From sequence record DRR723986_8478: DNA of 53,702 bases; one strand, 5' to 3'. This document shows, in pieces, positions 1 to 9,664 of the stretch (the first letter of the stretch is position 1; each line of letters begins with the position of its first letter). The notes below the pieces were generated by a model. That model worked only from the letters and a program-made list of their open reading frames with translations. It was not told where the DNA came from and did no database searches. The position numbers were made by a program, and so were the translations under genes.

Positions 1-918
1 GTGCTTGATGATACCGCCGATGTAGTACAGGGCGAAATCGGACAGGCCTGCGTAGCCATTGCCAGCAAACAGGTTCACGCCATCTTTCCAGACTGACTGG
101 TGAACGTGCATACCAGAACCGTTGTCACCCCACATTGGCTTGGGCATGAATGTGGCTGTCTTGCCGTAGCTGGCGGCCACGTTCCAAACGGTGTACTTCA
201 GAATCTGGGTCCAGTCTGCACGCTTGGTCAGCGTGGAGAACATGGTACCGATTTCGTTTTGTCCGGCGCCAGCCACTTCGTGGTGATGCACTTCAACGGG
301 CACGCCCTGCTGTTCCAGCAACAGACACATTTCAGAACGGATGTCCTGGAAAGAATCGGTTGGAGACACTGGGAAGTAGCCACCCTTCACGGTTGGGCGG
401 TGGGCCAGGTTGCCGTGTTCGTAATCAATGCCAGTGGACCAGGAGGCTTCTTCGGACTTGATCTTGAAGAAACAGCCAGACATCTGGTCGTCCCAGGTCA
501 CGCTGTCGAAAATGAAAAATTCGGGCTCTGGACCGAAGTAGGCTGTGTCGCCCAGGCCAGAGGACTTCAGGTACGCTTCAGCGCGACGAGCGATGGAACG
601 TGGGTCACGGTCGTAACCCTTGCCATCGGTTGGCTCGATTACGTCACAAGTCAAAATCAGTGTAGGCTCTTCGCGGAATGGGTCCATGCGAGCTGTATCA
701 GGATCAGGCATCAACAGCATGTCAGAGGCTTCAATGCCTTTCCAGCCGGCAATGGAAGAGCCGTCGAATGCGTGGCCAGACTCGAACTTGTCTTCGTCAA
801 ACATTTTAACTGGCACAGACACGTGCTGTTCTTTGCCTTTGGTGTCGGTGAAGCGGAAGTCAACAAACTTCACTTCGTTTTCCGCAACCATCTTCATTAC
901 ATCTTGGGCGGTCGCCAT
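1..918 (-). CDS. glnA: Type I glutamine synthetase, 5' portion (runs off the window start)
   Basis: Manual translation from ATG at 918 gives [33 protein letters not shown]..., the classic GSI-beta N-terminus. An AGGAG RBS lies upstream. Absent from the ORF track because it is truncated. Confidence 0.97.
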   Translation of the reverse strand, partial: MATAQDVMKMVAENEVKFVDFRFTDTKGKEQHVSVPVKMFDEDKFESGHAFDGSSIAGWKGIEASDMLLMPDPDTARMDPFREEPTLILTCDVIEPTDGKGYDRDPRSIARRAEAYLKSSGLGDTAYFGPEPEFFIFDSVTWDDQMSGCFFKIKSEEASWSTGIDYEHGNLAHRPTVKGGYFPVSPTDSFQDIRSEMCLLLEQQGVPVEVHHHEVAGAGQNEIGTMFSTLTKRADWTQILKYTVWNVAASYGKTATFMPKPMWGDNGSGMHVHQSVWKDGVNLFAGNGYAGLSDFALYYIGGIIKH

Positions 919-1061
919 TGAAAATCTCCTGGTACGTGAGGTGGAATAGTGATCTAAAAAAATTCTGAGTTGAACTCTTCAATTTAAGCGAAACAATAGC
1001 ACGTTCGATACCGCTATATATGACGCTCAGCGCGAATTCAATCTTCGACGTGGAGGGACAA

Positions 1062-1078
1062 AGCAAAGACCATACCAA
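1062..1078 (-). promoter_or_regulatory. sigma54 (-24/-12) promoter of glnA
   Basis: Minus strand reads TTGGTATGGTCTTTGCT, an exact GG-N10-GC spacing that matches TGGCAC-N5-TTGCW and points at glnA. Confidence 0.88.
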
Positions 1079-1139
1079 GTTGATCGCCACCTCAAATCAA
1101 CACTTTCGGCGGATCAGTCGAAAAATCCCACGGCACAAT

Positions 1140-1176
1140 TGCACCACTACAGTGCATAATGCACCAATAAAGTGCG
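1140..1176. promoter_or_regulatory. Tandem NtrC binding sites (enhancer)
   Basis: TGCACCACTACAGTGCA (1140-1156) and TGCACCAATAAAGTGCG (1160-1176) match the NtrC consensus TGCAC-N7-GTGCA. They lie about 60-100 bp upstream of the sigma54 site. Confidence 0.9.
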
Positions 1177-1252
1177 CACTAGTATTTTGCCTAATCGATC
1201 ACATGCTTGTATTACAATACACTCATCAAGAACATCACTCGAAAAACACCTC

Positions 1253-1720
1253 ATGCCATTGACTTCACAGCAACTAATCGAGCAGGCCAAGAAGTACGCT
1301 TCTGAAAAAGGACTGAGCTATTTGGGCGCCCTCACCCCTCAAGAGGCTTGGGAGTTATTGAATGCGGATGAAAATGCGGTGCTGGTCGATGTGCGAACAG
1401 ATGCGGAACTCGACTGGGTCGGGCAGGTGAGTTTTTCAGAAGACCGATCGTTTCACGTTGAGTGGAACAATTACCCGGACGGTGTACGCAACCCCGATTT
1501 CATCGCCCAGATTGAGGCCCGGGTTGAGAAACATCAGCCGGTGCTTTTCATCTGTAGAAGTGGGGCCAGGTCGCACCACGCCGCCACCCTCGCCGCCAAG
1601 CATGGGTTTGAATTTGCAATCAATGTGCTGGAGGGGTTTGAGGGCGACAAAAACGACTTTCACCAACGATCAAGCATCAATGGCTGGCGTTTTCACGGGT
1701 TACCTTGGGAACAACATTAA
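1253..1720 (+). CDS. Rhodanese-like domain protein
   Basis: LVDVRT and active-site loop ICRSGARS, plus VLEGFEG. Divergent from glnA, as is common in Burkholderiales. Start taken at ATG 1253. Confidence 0.9.
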   Translation: MPLTSQQLIEQAKKYASEKGLSYLGALTPQEAWELLNADENAVLVDVRTDAELDWVGQVSFSEDRSFHVEWNNYPDGVRNPDFIAQIEARVEKHQPVLFICRSGARSHHAATLAAKHGFEFAINVLEGFEGDKNDFHQRSSINGWRFHGLPWEQH

Positions 1721-1746
1721 ACCCAGCAATCCGCGTTTACTGATTG

Positions 1747-2130
1747 TTATTGGCCGAAGAGACCGAACAACTTTCCAGCCAGGAAAAATGCTGCCAAGCA
1801 ACCGAGCACATGAACCAAGGCGTGACCCAGCGCCAGCGCGGGCTTATCGAGAAGCAAATTGGCACCCTCAGCAGTAAAAGCCGAGAATGTGGTAAGCCCC
1901 CCCAACACGCCAGTCATGAGAAATAATCCAAACGGATTGGCCTTGAGCCAAGCTGGGCCCAACACTGAAAACAATAAACCCGCGACAAAACCACCAATCA
2001 GGTTGGCCATCAAGGTTCCGATTTGAAACGGCAACCAAACCGGCTGAACGAGCAACAAACCCAACCCGTACCGCCCCACTCCGCCCAGCCCAGCGCCGAC
2101 AAACACCGCCAAGGCATTGATGGCATTCAC
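1747..2130 (-). CDS. crcB: Fluoride efflux channel Fluc/CrcB
   Basis: Four hydrophobic segments with GAGLGGVGRY, GTLMANLIG and GGLTTFS motifs. GTG 2130 overlaps the moaE stop (GTGA); ATG 2145 is an alternative start. Confidence 0.92.
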   Translation of the reverse strand: MNAINALAVFVGAGLGGVGRYGLGLLLVQPVWLPFQIGTLMANLIGGFVAGLLFSVLGPAWLKANPFGLFLMTGVLGGLTTFSAFTAEGANLLLDKPALALGHALVHVLGCLAAFFLAGKLFGLFGQ

Positions 2131-2594
2131 TGCGCTTGCTCCCATCGCTCTTTGGCAGAGTCGTCGCTGTCCCGGGCCGACACCCAGCGCGCGCCCTCGG
2201 GTGTGTCTTCCTTTTTCCAGAAAGGGGCTTCGGTTTTCAAATAATCCATAATGAACTCACAGGCCAAAAATGCCTGCTGCCGGTGCTCGCTGGTGGCAGC
2301 AGCAAACACAATTTGATCTTCTGGATACAGGGGGCCTACGCGGTGGATAATCGTGGCAGAGGTGATTTCGAACCGCTCGTCGGCAACCTTCAGAATATTT
2401 TCAAGTGCTTTCTCAGTCATGCCCGGGTAGTGCTCTAGCGTCATGGCCCTCACCGTACTGTTTTCATTGATGTCACGCACTGTGCCAACAAAAGTGGCTA
2501 CTGCACCAATTTCAGGCAAACCTTGACGGAGCCACCGAATTTCATCGGCTACATTAAAGTCTGATTCCTGAACAAGCACTTTGGAGCGTTTCAT
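2127..2594 (-). CDS. moaE: Molybdopterin synthase catalytic subunit
   Basis: GAVATFVGTVRD, LEHYPGMTEK, HRVG and MDYLKTEAPFWKKE motifs. Confidence 0.97.
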   Translation of the reverse strand: MKRSKVLVQESDFNVADEIRWLRQGLPEIGAVATFVGTVRDINENSTVRAMTLEHYPGMTEKALENILKVADERFEITSATIIHRVGPLYPEDQIVFAAATSEHRQQAFLACEFIMDYLKTEAPFWKKEDTPEGARWVSARDSDDSAKERWEQAQ

Positions 2595-2595
2595 T

Positions 2596-2853
2596 TCAAC
2601 CCCCTGTCACCGGCGGGAAGAATGCCACCTCAGCCTGCTCGCCCACCGGAGTTTCATCGTCAGCCATATCCTGATTGACCGCGGCACGCAACCGCCCGAC
2701 TTCCGAGACAGCTTTGGCAAAACCAGGGTACTCGGCACACAAATGGGCGCGCAGACCCGCTACAGTGGCTGGTGAAAACGCAGTATTCACTTCAAGACTG
2801 TCTTGTCCAAACTGTTCTTTCAAACTGGCGAAAAACCGCACTTTTACTTTCAT
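2596..2853 (-). CDS. moaD: Molybdopterin synthase sulfur carrier
   Basis: Ubiquitin-like 85 aa protein ending AFFPPVTGG. Confidence 0.97.
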   Translation of the reverse strand: MKVKVRFFASLKEQFGQDSLEVNTAFSPATVAGLRAHLCAEYPGFAKAVSEVGRLRAAVNQDMADDETPVGEQAEVAFFPPVTGG

Positions 2854-4070
2854 TGCATCAAATCCTGATACGACACGTATTCCACCCAGTCACCCGGGTG
2901 TACCACCTGCCCCTTGGCAAGCCTGATCAAACCACTGGACCGGGCCAAGGAGGTCAAAACACCTGAACTCTGGTTTTTAAACAAAGTGGCCTTGTCCGAT
3001 TGTACATCTGCTCGCAAAAATTCCTCACGGCGGGAGTCGGGGCTGGGCCAGGAAAACGCAGCCTGCACCTTTCGCACGCGCAGGCGCCAATCCACCTCCG
3101 CGAGGCCTTGTCCTTCCAGCAAACTCAAAAAAGGCTTCACGATCAGTTGAAAAGCCACCGCGCTGGACACTGGGTTACCGGGTAACCCGAAGAACCAGCT
3201 TTGTCCACCGGCTTGTCGATTGATGTGGCCAAACGCGATCGGCTTGCCAGGCTTCATGGCCACTTTCCATGACCGCAGCTGCCCCACTTTTTCGATCGCA
3301 GGTTTCACGTGGTCCTCCTCACCTACCGACACGCCACCAGAACTGATGACAGCATCACAATCGGCCAGGGATTCAAGCGCAGCGCATGTAGCCTCAAAGT
3401 TGTCGGGAACAATACCTACCGAGCGCACATCGGCGTGCATGGCTTCTAGAAGACCGCACCACACATACTCGTTGGAATTGTAGATTTGACCCGGCTGTAA
3501 AAGCTTGCCTGGGCTTTGAAGCTCACTGCCAGTGACCATTACACCTACTTTCAAGCGCCTGTTGACCGACACGGTGGGTACACCAATGGACGCAAGCAAG
3601 CCCACATGAATGGCATCAAGTCGTGTGCCTTGGGACAGCACCACCTGCCCGCAAGAAATATCTTCACCTGCGCGCCGTATCCATTGGCCTGATTTTGGCG
3701 AAGCGCTGAATGTCACGCTGCCATCTTCATTCACCACTACCTCTTCCTGCATCACCACAGAATCGGCGCCGGGAGGAATCGGTGCGCCGGTAAAGATTCG
3801 AGCCACAGTGTCAGGTTGTAAGGCTTGGGGAGAGGCGCCTGCAGGTACACGCTGAGAAACCTGAAAACGCCGGGATGGCTGAATATCGGCACAACGAACT
3901 GCATAACCATCCATTCCACTGTTGTCGTGCTGTGGCACGTTCAAAGTGGAACGAACATCCTGCGCCAATACTCGACCAAGCGCCTGATTCAAGCCCACCG
4001 ATTCAGTGGGTATTGCCGGCTGGGCAGCCATTGGCCACACCTGCCCAAGCAAATCATTCAAGTCAATCAT
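2850..4070 (-). CDS. moeA: Molybdopterin molybdotransferase
   Basis: NSGMDGYAV, RIFTGAPIP, SSGGVSVGEEDHVK, MKPGKP and GLPGNPVS motifs. Confidence 0.97.
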   Translation of the reverse strand: MIDLNDLLGQVWPMAAQPAIPTESVGLNQALGRVLAQDVRSTLNVPQHDNSGMDGYAVRCADIQPSRRFQVSQRVPAGASPQALQPDTVARIFTGAPIPPGADSVVMQEEVVVNEDGSVTFSASPKSGQWIRRAGEDISCGQVVLSQGTRLDAIHVGLLASIGVPTVSVNRRLKVGVMVTGSELQSPGKLLQPGQIYNSNEYVWCGLLEAMHADVRSVGIVPDNFEATCAALESLADCDAVISSGGVSVGEEDHVKPAIEKVGQLRSWKVAMKPGKPIAFGHINRQAGGQSWFFGLPGNPVSSAVAFQLIVKPFLSLLEGQGLAEVDWRLRVRKVQAAFSWPSPDSRREEFLRADVQSDKATLFKNQSSGVLTSLARSSGLIRLAKGQVVHPGDWVEYVSYQDLMQ

Positions 4071-4563
4071 TCACAAACCGTTTCAGAATAAATTGCGCAA
4101 TTGAAGCTGGATCATTCAAGGGAAGAACCGGTAATCCGCGACATTCAATTTCATTGTCGCAAGCGACTGCGATAATGTTCGGGTCTTGAGGATACAACAT
4201 CGGCTTGCCATTGGCTTCCCGCCAAATCTCGATTTTGGGAATATCTGCCCGCTTGAATCCTTCAACAATGACCAGGTCACAGGGCGACAACTTTTCAAGT
4301 TGCTGCTCAAGTGTAGGCTCCTCCTCATCTCGCAATTCATGCATCAACACCCAACGTTTGTTGGCAGTAATCAGCACTTCATAAGCGCCCGCTTCCCGGT
4401 GCCTGTAGGAGTCTTTACCCGGCCGGTCAATGTCGAACTCATGGTGAGCATGTTTAATGACAGACACTCGAACACCCTCACCAATCAAAATCGGTAAAAG
4501 CTGCTCAATCAATGTGGTTTTACCCACGCCGGAAAATCCGGCAAAGCCAAACACCTTGGGCAC
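4063..4563 (-). CDS. mobB: Molybdopterin-guanine dinucleotide biosynthesis protein B
   Basis: P-loop GFSGVGKTT, IKHAHH, DRPGKDSYRHREAGA and VEGFK. Start taken at GTG 4563 with an AAGGA RBS, just after the kinase stop. Confidence 0.95.
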   Translation of the reverse strand: MPKVFGFAGFSGVGKTTLIEQLLPILIGEGVRVSVIKHAHHEFDIDRPGKDSYRHREAGAYEVLITANKRWVLMHELRDEEEPTLEQQLEKLSPCDLVIVEGFKRADIPKIEIWREANGKPMLYPQDPNIIAVACDNEIECRGLPVLPLNDPASIAQFILKRFVND

Positions 4564-4564
4564 T

Positions 4565-6736
4565 TCAGTTTCCTTCTGACAATTGCTTTTCAATCAACAA
4601 CAGCTGTTGACCTGTTTCTTTCAAAATATCTGCGGACGGGCGTGCCTTGCAGCGCAATACAATCTCAAAACATGCACCGAATTGTGGCTCAACTTCAGGC
4701 AGCACCGGGCTGGTGGCCCACAAATCGCCACCATAACGTTGCACCAGCATGCGTGACACCGGCAAACCCAGCCCCGTACCTCGACCCGCTTGTTTACTGG
4801 TGTAGAACATTTTGAAAATAAGTTGCAAGCGATCGGGAGGAATTACCTCGCCATTATTCTGAACCAGAATCTGAACCGCCTGCTGCCCATCGTTGAGACG
4901 CACATCCGCCGTTTTTATTGAGATGGTGGGGCCCTCATCCAAGGCTGCAGATGTTGAATCGAATGGTCCTTCCAGGGCGTGGGTCGCATTGATCAACAAA
5001 TTCACCATAACCTGCTGCAACTCGGTTTTGCTGATTTGCACCGTGTGCTGCGCCTTGAGCTCTAACTTCAACTGAGCACGCACCATGTCGATTTCATTGC
5101 GAACAAACAGGATACTGTCCTGGATAATCTCATTGACATTGATTTCTTCGGTGTAGGAAGCGTATTCATCGGGCCTGCAAAACTGCAGCAGCTTTTGGAC
5201 GATATTGCGCATGCGATGTACCTGCTCATCCAGTAAGCGCACTGTTTTCAGGCTTTCCGGATCGTTCAGGGTAATACGGATCAAATCCAGATGCCCCATC
5301 ATGATCGCCAACGGATTATTGAACTCATGCGCAATACCCGCAGTTAATTGTCCCAAGGCCGCTAGCTTCTCTGAGGCCAGTAACTGCTCCACTGCCTGAT
5401 GAAGTTTTTGATTCGCAGCCTGCAGGTCGGCAGTTCGCTGTCGCACACGCTCATCCAGTTGCTCATTCAAGCCGAGCAGTTCGCTGCGCCGTGCATCCAG
5501 TTGATCCAGCAGCGCATCAAAGTGATTGGCCAGGTCAGCAAACTCGTCTTCACGTCGAAGGTCGCCCACTCGGGCCGCGGTATCTCCGCGTTCCTGCAGG
5601 CTCATGATGTAATTCATGCGGCGAAGTGGGTAAAAGATTCCGGATGTCAAACGCACCACCATCATGGCACCCAAGACCATGGCCGCCCCCACCGCCAACA
5701 AAAACAAAATCAGCAGTTGTGTTTTTATGTTGGCATAAGGGGCTTCCAGAAAGCCCACATAAAACATCCCGATTCGTGCACCCTCTGGGCTAAGCAGTGG
5801 CGCATAAGCTGCCACATACCAGTCGTTCACCACGAATGCGCGCTCCAGCCATACCTCACCCCGGCCCAAGACACTTTGCCGAACCACATCGGACACACGG
5901 GTACCCAACGCACGCGACTCGCCGTCGCGACGAACCGTGGTCGCCACTCGTACATCTTCCAGGAAAATGGTGGTGGTGCCAATTGAGCCTTCCAGCAAAG
6001 TGTTCGGTGAATAAATCAGGTTGTTGATTTCATCGACCAAACCCAGGTTACCGTTCAACAGCAAGCCACCCTCCAGGTACCCCAACATGTTTCCATTGTT
6101 GAAAACAGGTTGCAGCACCTGAACAACCAAGCCACGGTCTTCGGCGCTTTTGGGTGAGGGGCTCGCATTGGATGTGGGAATAATCGCCTGCACCGCACGT
6201 GAGGCGAGGTCGGGAGAAATATCCATCAGCTCTTTGTTCGAGAGCAACACGGTGTAGCTGCCCGACTCGCGAAACTTCACCGATTTTTGAACTTCGGGAT
6301 CAAGCATGTAAGGCAAGCGCGAAGGAAACGAATTCACCACCATGCCGGTTGGACTGATGAGTCGCAGGTAAGCAAAACCGAGTCGCTCCGCCTGCGCCTG
6401 AAGGTCTTTATTCGTCAACTTACCGTCCCGCTGGTTCAGCAAATTTCGAAGGTAGGCACTTTCAGACCAAGCCTTCAAAGCCTGTGATTTGCTCTCCTGC
6501 ACATCGTTGAATTCTTGCTGCGCAAGCACCAGATCACTGCGTACTTTTGATATCAAAATTTTTGTGTAAGCCGCCTGCCCCGCCGACCACACCAGCATGG
6601 CCACAATAGGAATAAGTACCAGCAAAGGGATACAGGCCGTAACAACCAGTTTGGTTTTAACAGTCCAATGGCTGGGCCAAAAATGCCCGCGTGGCGGAAA
6701 CGGCCGCTGACCTATTCTTGGCTCCACGCCATGCAC
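4565..6736 (-). CDS. Membrane sensor histidine kinase (Cache-type periplasmic domain, HAMP, HisKA, HATPase)
   Basis: Two TM helices. Periplasmic TIFLEDVRVATT..RALGTR..WYVAAYAPL motif, H-box AGIAHEFNNPL, N-box NLLINA and G-box GTGLGL. Start is uncertain. Confidence 0.93.
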   Translation of the reverse strand: MHGVEPRIGQRPFPPRGHFWPSHWTVKTKLVVTACIPLLVLIPIVAMLVWSAGQAAYTKILISKVRSDLVLAQQEFNDVQESKSQALKAWSESAYLRNLLNQRDGKLTNKDLQAQAERLGFAYLRLISPTGMVVNSFPSRLPYMLDPEVQKSVKFRESGSYTVLLSNKELMDISPDLASRAVQAIIPTSNASPSPKSAEDRGLVVQVLQPVFNNGNMLGYLEGGLLLNGNLGLVDEINNLIYSPNTLLEGSIGTTTIFLEDVRVATTVRRDGESRALGTRVSDVVRQSVLGRGEVWLERAFVVNDWYVAAYAPLLSPEGARIGMFYVGFLEAPYANIKTQLLILFLLAVGAAMVLGAMMVVRLTSGIFYPLRRMNYIMSLQERGDTAARVGDLRREDEFADLANHFDALLDQLDARRSELLGLNEQLDERVRQRTADLQAANQKLHQAVEQLLASEKLAALGQLTAGIAHEFNNPLAIMMGHLDLIRITLNDPESLKTVRLLDEQVHRMRNIVQKLLQFCRPDEYASYTEEINVNEIIQDSILFVRNEIDMVRAQLKLELKAQHTVQISKTELQQVMVNLLINATHALEGPFDSTSAALDEGPTISIKTADVRLNDGQQAVQILVQNNGEVIPPDRLQLIFKMFYTSKQAGRGTGLGLPVSRMLVQRYGGDLWATSPVLPEVEPQFGACFEIVLRCKARPSADILKETGQQLLLIEKQLSEGN

Positions 6737-8124
6737 TTTCGTTCAAGTGTTTTTCTGGACACGCCCAAGCGTCGCGCCGCCTCGGATTTATTGCCGCTGC
6801 AGGCATTCAATACTCGAAGAATGTGTGCCTTTTCGACTTGCTCAAGCGACTCGTTCTGTGGATCTTCGGCAGTGTGCTCCCGTTCATCCAGATCCAGATT
6901 CAAAGGCAAGTCTTCTTTGGGGAAATAACCCAGAATCAATGATCGTTCGATGAAGTTGCGTAGCTCCCGCACATTGCCTGGCCATTCGTAGGCTTGAAGG
7001 CGGGCCAGCATGTCCGGGCTTATTTTCAGGGGATCAATACGCAGCTTTTTGGCAAACACCTTGATGAAGTAATTGGCCAGAAGCTCAATGTCCTCGGGGC
7101 GGCTGCGCAACGGTGGCATTTCAATCGGCATCACCTGCAAGCGGTAGTACAAGTCTTGCCGAAACCGCCCTCGCTTCACTTCCACATCCAGGTTTACGTT
7201 GGTCGCAGCCACAATACGAACATCCACGTCCACTTCCTTGGTGCTGCCCACCGGGCGAATTCGCCGGTCTTCCAGAACACGAAGCAATTTGGTTTGCATG
7301 CTGAGCGGCAATTCACCAATTTCATCGAGAAACAGGGTGCCGCCCTGCGCGTAGTAGAACAAGCCCTGATGGGATTCATTGGCACCCGTGAAAGCGCCCT
7401 TGGCATGACCAAACAACTCGCTTTCAATCAATTCTGGAGAAATGGCACCACAGTTAATGGGCACAAACGGCCGTTCACTGCGCAGGCTCATGCCATGCAG
7501 CGTGCGGGCCAGTACTTCTTTGCCTGAGCCAGACTCACCTGTGAGCAACACAGTTGAATCGGTGGGAGCCACTTTGGCCACCAGCTTTCGGAGTTGGCGC
7601 ACAATCGGGCTTTCACCCACCATCACCTGTTCATTCTGCTGCAAGTTTGAAACCGCGCGTTTCAGCACAAAGTTTTCACGCTTCAAACGGTTTTGATCCG
7701 CAGCTCGATCCAGGGCATACCAAAGCTGGTCAATTCGAAACGGTTTTTGTAAAAAGTCTTGCGCACCCGCACGCAGGGCACCAATGGCGGTGTCCATGTC
7801 GGCATAGCCGGTGATTAAAATCACATCACCCTCGTAGCCGCCTTGGCGCAATTCATTCAGCCACTGCAGGCCGCTTTTGCCGGGTAGACTCACGTCCAGC
7901 ACCACGGTGCTGTAATCGTGACTGTCGAACAGTGCTTGGGCCATTTCAACAGAACCTGCAGTATCTACACGGGCAAAACGGGTTTCGAGCGCCTTTTCCA
8001 GAAAATGGCGCATGCCCGGCTCATCATCCACCGCCAGCGCAGACAAACCTTTTCGGGGTTGAGCATCTATGCCTTGGCCTGTGGCAACTTTGGGGAGGTC
8101 GACAGTGTTGGATTGAGAGGTCAA
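6712..8124 (-). CDS. sigma54-dependent Fis-family response regulator (REC-AAA+-HTH)
   Basis: Receiver VDDE..LD..P..K, GESGSGKE, GAFTGA, LFLDEIGE, WPGNVRELRN and C-terminal HTH GNKSEAARRLGVSRKTL. Confidence 0.95.
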   Translation of the reverse strand: MTSQSNTVDLPKVATGQGIDAQPRKGLSALAVDDEPGMRHFLEKALETRFARVDTAGSVEMAQALFDSHDYSTVVLDVSLPGKSGLQWLNELRQGGYEGDVILITGYADMDTAIGALRAGAQDFLQKPFRIDQLWYALDRAADQNRLKRENFVLKRAVSNLQQNEQVMVGESPIVRQLRKLVAKVAPTDSTVLLTGESGSGKEVLARTLHGMSLRSERPFVPINCGAISPELIESELFGHAKGAFTGANESHQGLFYYAQGGTLFLDEIGELPLSMQTKLLRVLEDRRIRPVGSTKEVDVDVRIVAATNVNLDVEVKRGRFRQDLYYRLQVMPIEMPPLRSRPEDIELLANYFIKVFAKKLRIDPLKISPDMLARLQAYEWPGNVRELRNFIERSLILGYFPKEDLPLNLDLDEREHTAEDPQNESLEQVEKAHILRVLNACSGNKSEAARRLGVSRKTLERKCMAWSQE

Positions 8125-8247
8125 AACAATGGCTTCACAGCGTGTTACTTAACCATGCCATTGTTCATGATTCCGTTTGGACCTGCAAGTTAGGTAAACC
8201 CTATTACTTGCAGGCAAACGATTGTTTGAAATCTGATTTTCCCCAGT

Positions 8248-9663
8248 TTACAGCCCGGTGTTCTCGGCGATGAACTCTTTGACCTGTTCAACCGAGATGG
8301 GCATTTCCACAACCCGCTGAGGCAACTTTTCAATGCCCTGGAACTGCGCGGGCACTGGCGGTGTTTTGCCAGTGGCTTCTTCGATGGTCTCTGCAAACTT
8401 GACTGCCAGTGCGGTTTCCAGAATGACCATGGGTACGCCAGGCTCCACCAGATCGCGGGCCACTTTCACGGCATCGGCCGTGTGGGTGTCAATCAAGGTA
8501 CCCGTGCGGGCAAAAACTTCCTTGATGGTGTCCAGGCGGTTTTGGTGATTCGATGAACCAGACTGAAACCCAAAGTCTTCTTCAACCCGCTTGAAACGTG
8601 GATCTTCGGAAAGATCGAATTGGCCATTCGCGGCCAAATCCTGCCACAACGCTTTCAAGGCCTTGGGGTCGCGGCCCAACAGATCATATACAAATCGCTC
8701 AAAGTTTGAAGCCTTAGAAATGTCCATCGACGGGCTGGAGGTGATGTAGGTTTCTGCGGATTTGCGGGGGCGGTACACACCAGTCTTGAAAAACTCGTCC
8801 AGCACATTGTTTTCATTGGTGGCTACGATCAGCTTGCGAATGGGCAGGCCCATTTGGCGCGCAATGTGCCCAGCCAGCACGTTACCGAAGTTACCGGACG
8901 GCACTGCGAAACTGACAGGATCACCAATTTTTTTGGCGGTGCGCAGGTAAGCATTGAAGTAATACACCACCTGGGCAGAAATGCGACCCCAATTGATGGA
9001 ATTCACAGTCCCAATTTTCTGGCGTGCCTTGTATTCAAGGTCTTCGCTCACCGCCTTCACAATGTCCTGGCAATCATCGAACAAACCTTCAATGGCAATA
9101 TTGAAAATGTTCGGATCTTGCAGGCTGTACATTTGGGCGCGTTGAAATGCGCTCATTTTGCCAGCCGGGCTCAACATGAACACCCGCACTCCTTTCTTGC
9201 CGCGCATGGCGTATTCGGCCGCCGAACCCGTATCGCCGCTGGTGGCACCGAGAATGTTCAATTCGCGGTTGGTTCGAGCCAACTGGTATTCAAACAGGTT
9301 TCCCAGCAACTGCATGGCCATGTCTTTGAAAGCCAGCGTGGGGCCGTTTGAAAGCTCCAACACCTTCATGCCATCGAACAGCTCGCGCACCGGCGTAATT
9401 TCTTCGGTGCCGTACACGGCCTTGGTGTAGGTTTTGGTGGTCAACTCTTTCAGGTCAGCTTCTGGAATGTCCGTGGCATAAGGCTTCAAGACCTCAAATG
9501 CCAGCTCACCGTAGCTGAGGTGTTTCCAGCTCTCCAGCACATGCAAAGCCACTTGCGGATAAAACTCAGGCACGGCCAGACCACCATCAGGCGCCAAGCC
9601 TTCCAGCAAAATTTCCGAGAAATCTTGGGGATCCATGCCCCCACGGCTGCTGAAGTATTTCAT
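8248..9663 (-). CDS. thrC: Threonine synthase
   Basis: GLAPDGGL, GPTLAFKD (PLP lysine), ATSGDTGSAA, NSINWGR and VPSGNFGN. Confidence 0.98.
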   Translation of the reverse strand: MKYFSSRGGMDPQDFSEILLEGLAPDGGLAVPEFYPQVALHVLESWKHLSYGELAFEVLKPYATDIPEADLKELTTKTYTKAVYGTEEITPVRELFDGMKVLELSNGPTLAFKDMAMQLLGNLFEYQLARTNRELNILGATSGDTGSAAEYAMRGKKGVRVFMLSPAGKMSAFQRAQMYSLQDPNIFNIAIEGLFDDCQDIVKAVSEDLEYKARQKIGTVNSINWGRISAQVVYYFNAYLRTAKKIGDPVSFAVPSGNFGNVLAGHIARQMGLPIRKLIVATNENNVLDEFFKTGVYRPRKSAETYITSSPSMDISKASNFERFVYDLLGRDPKALKALWQDLAANGQFDLSEDPRFKRVEEDFGFQSGSSNHQNRLDTIKEVFARTGTLIDTHTADAVKVARDLVEPGVPMVILETALAVKFAETIEEATGKTPPVPAQFQGIEKLPQRVVEMPISVEQVKEFIAENTGL

Positions 9664-9664
9664 T

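Noticed and set aside
100..921. 273-aa plus-strand ORF
   Set aside because: Antisense shadow of glnA. It has no motifs, and the opposite strand is clearly GlnA.
1747..2200. Fluoride riboswitch ahead of crcB
   Set aside because: crcB overlaps the moaE stop. There is no leader space and no motif was seen.
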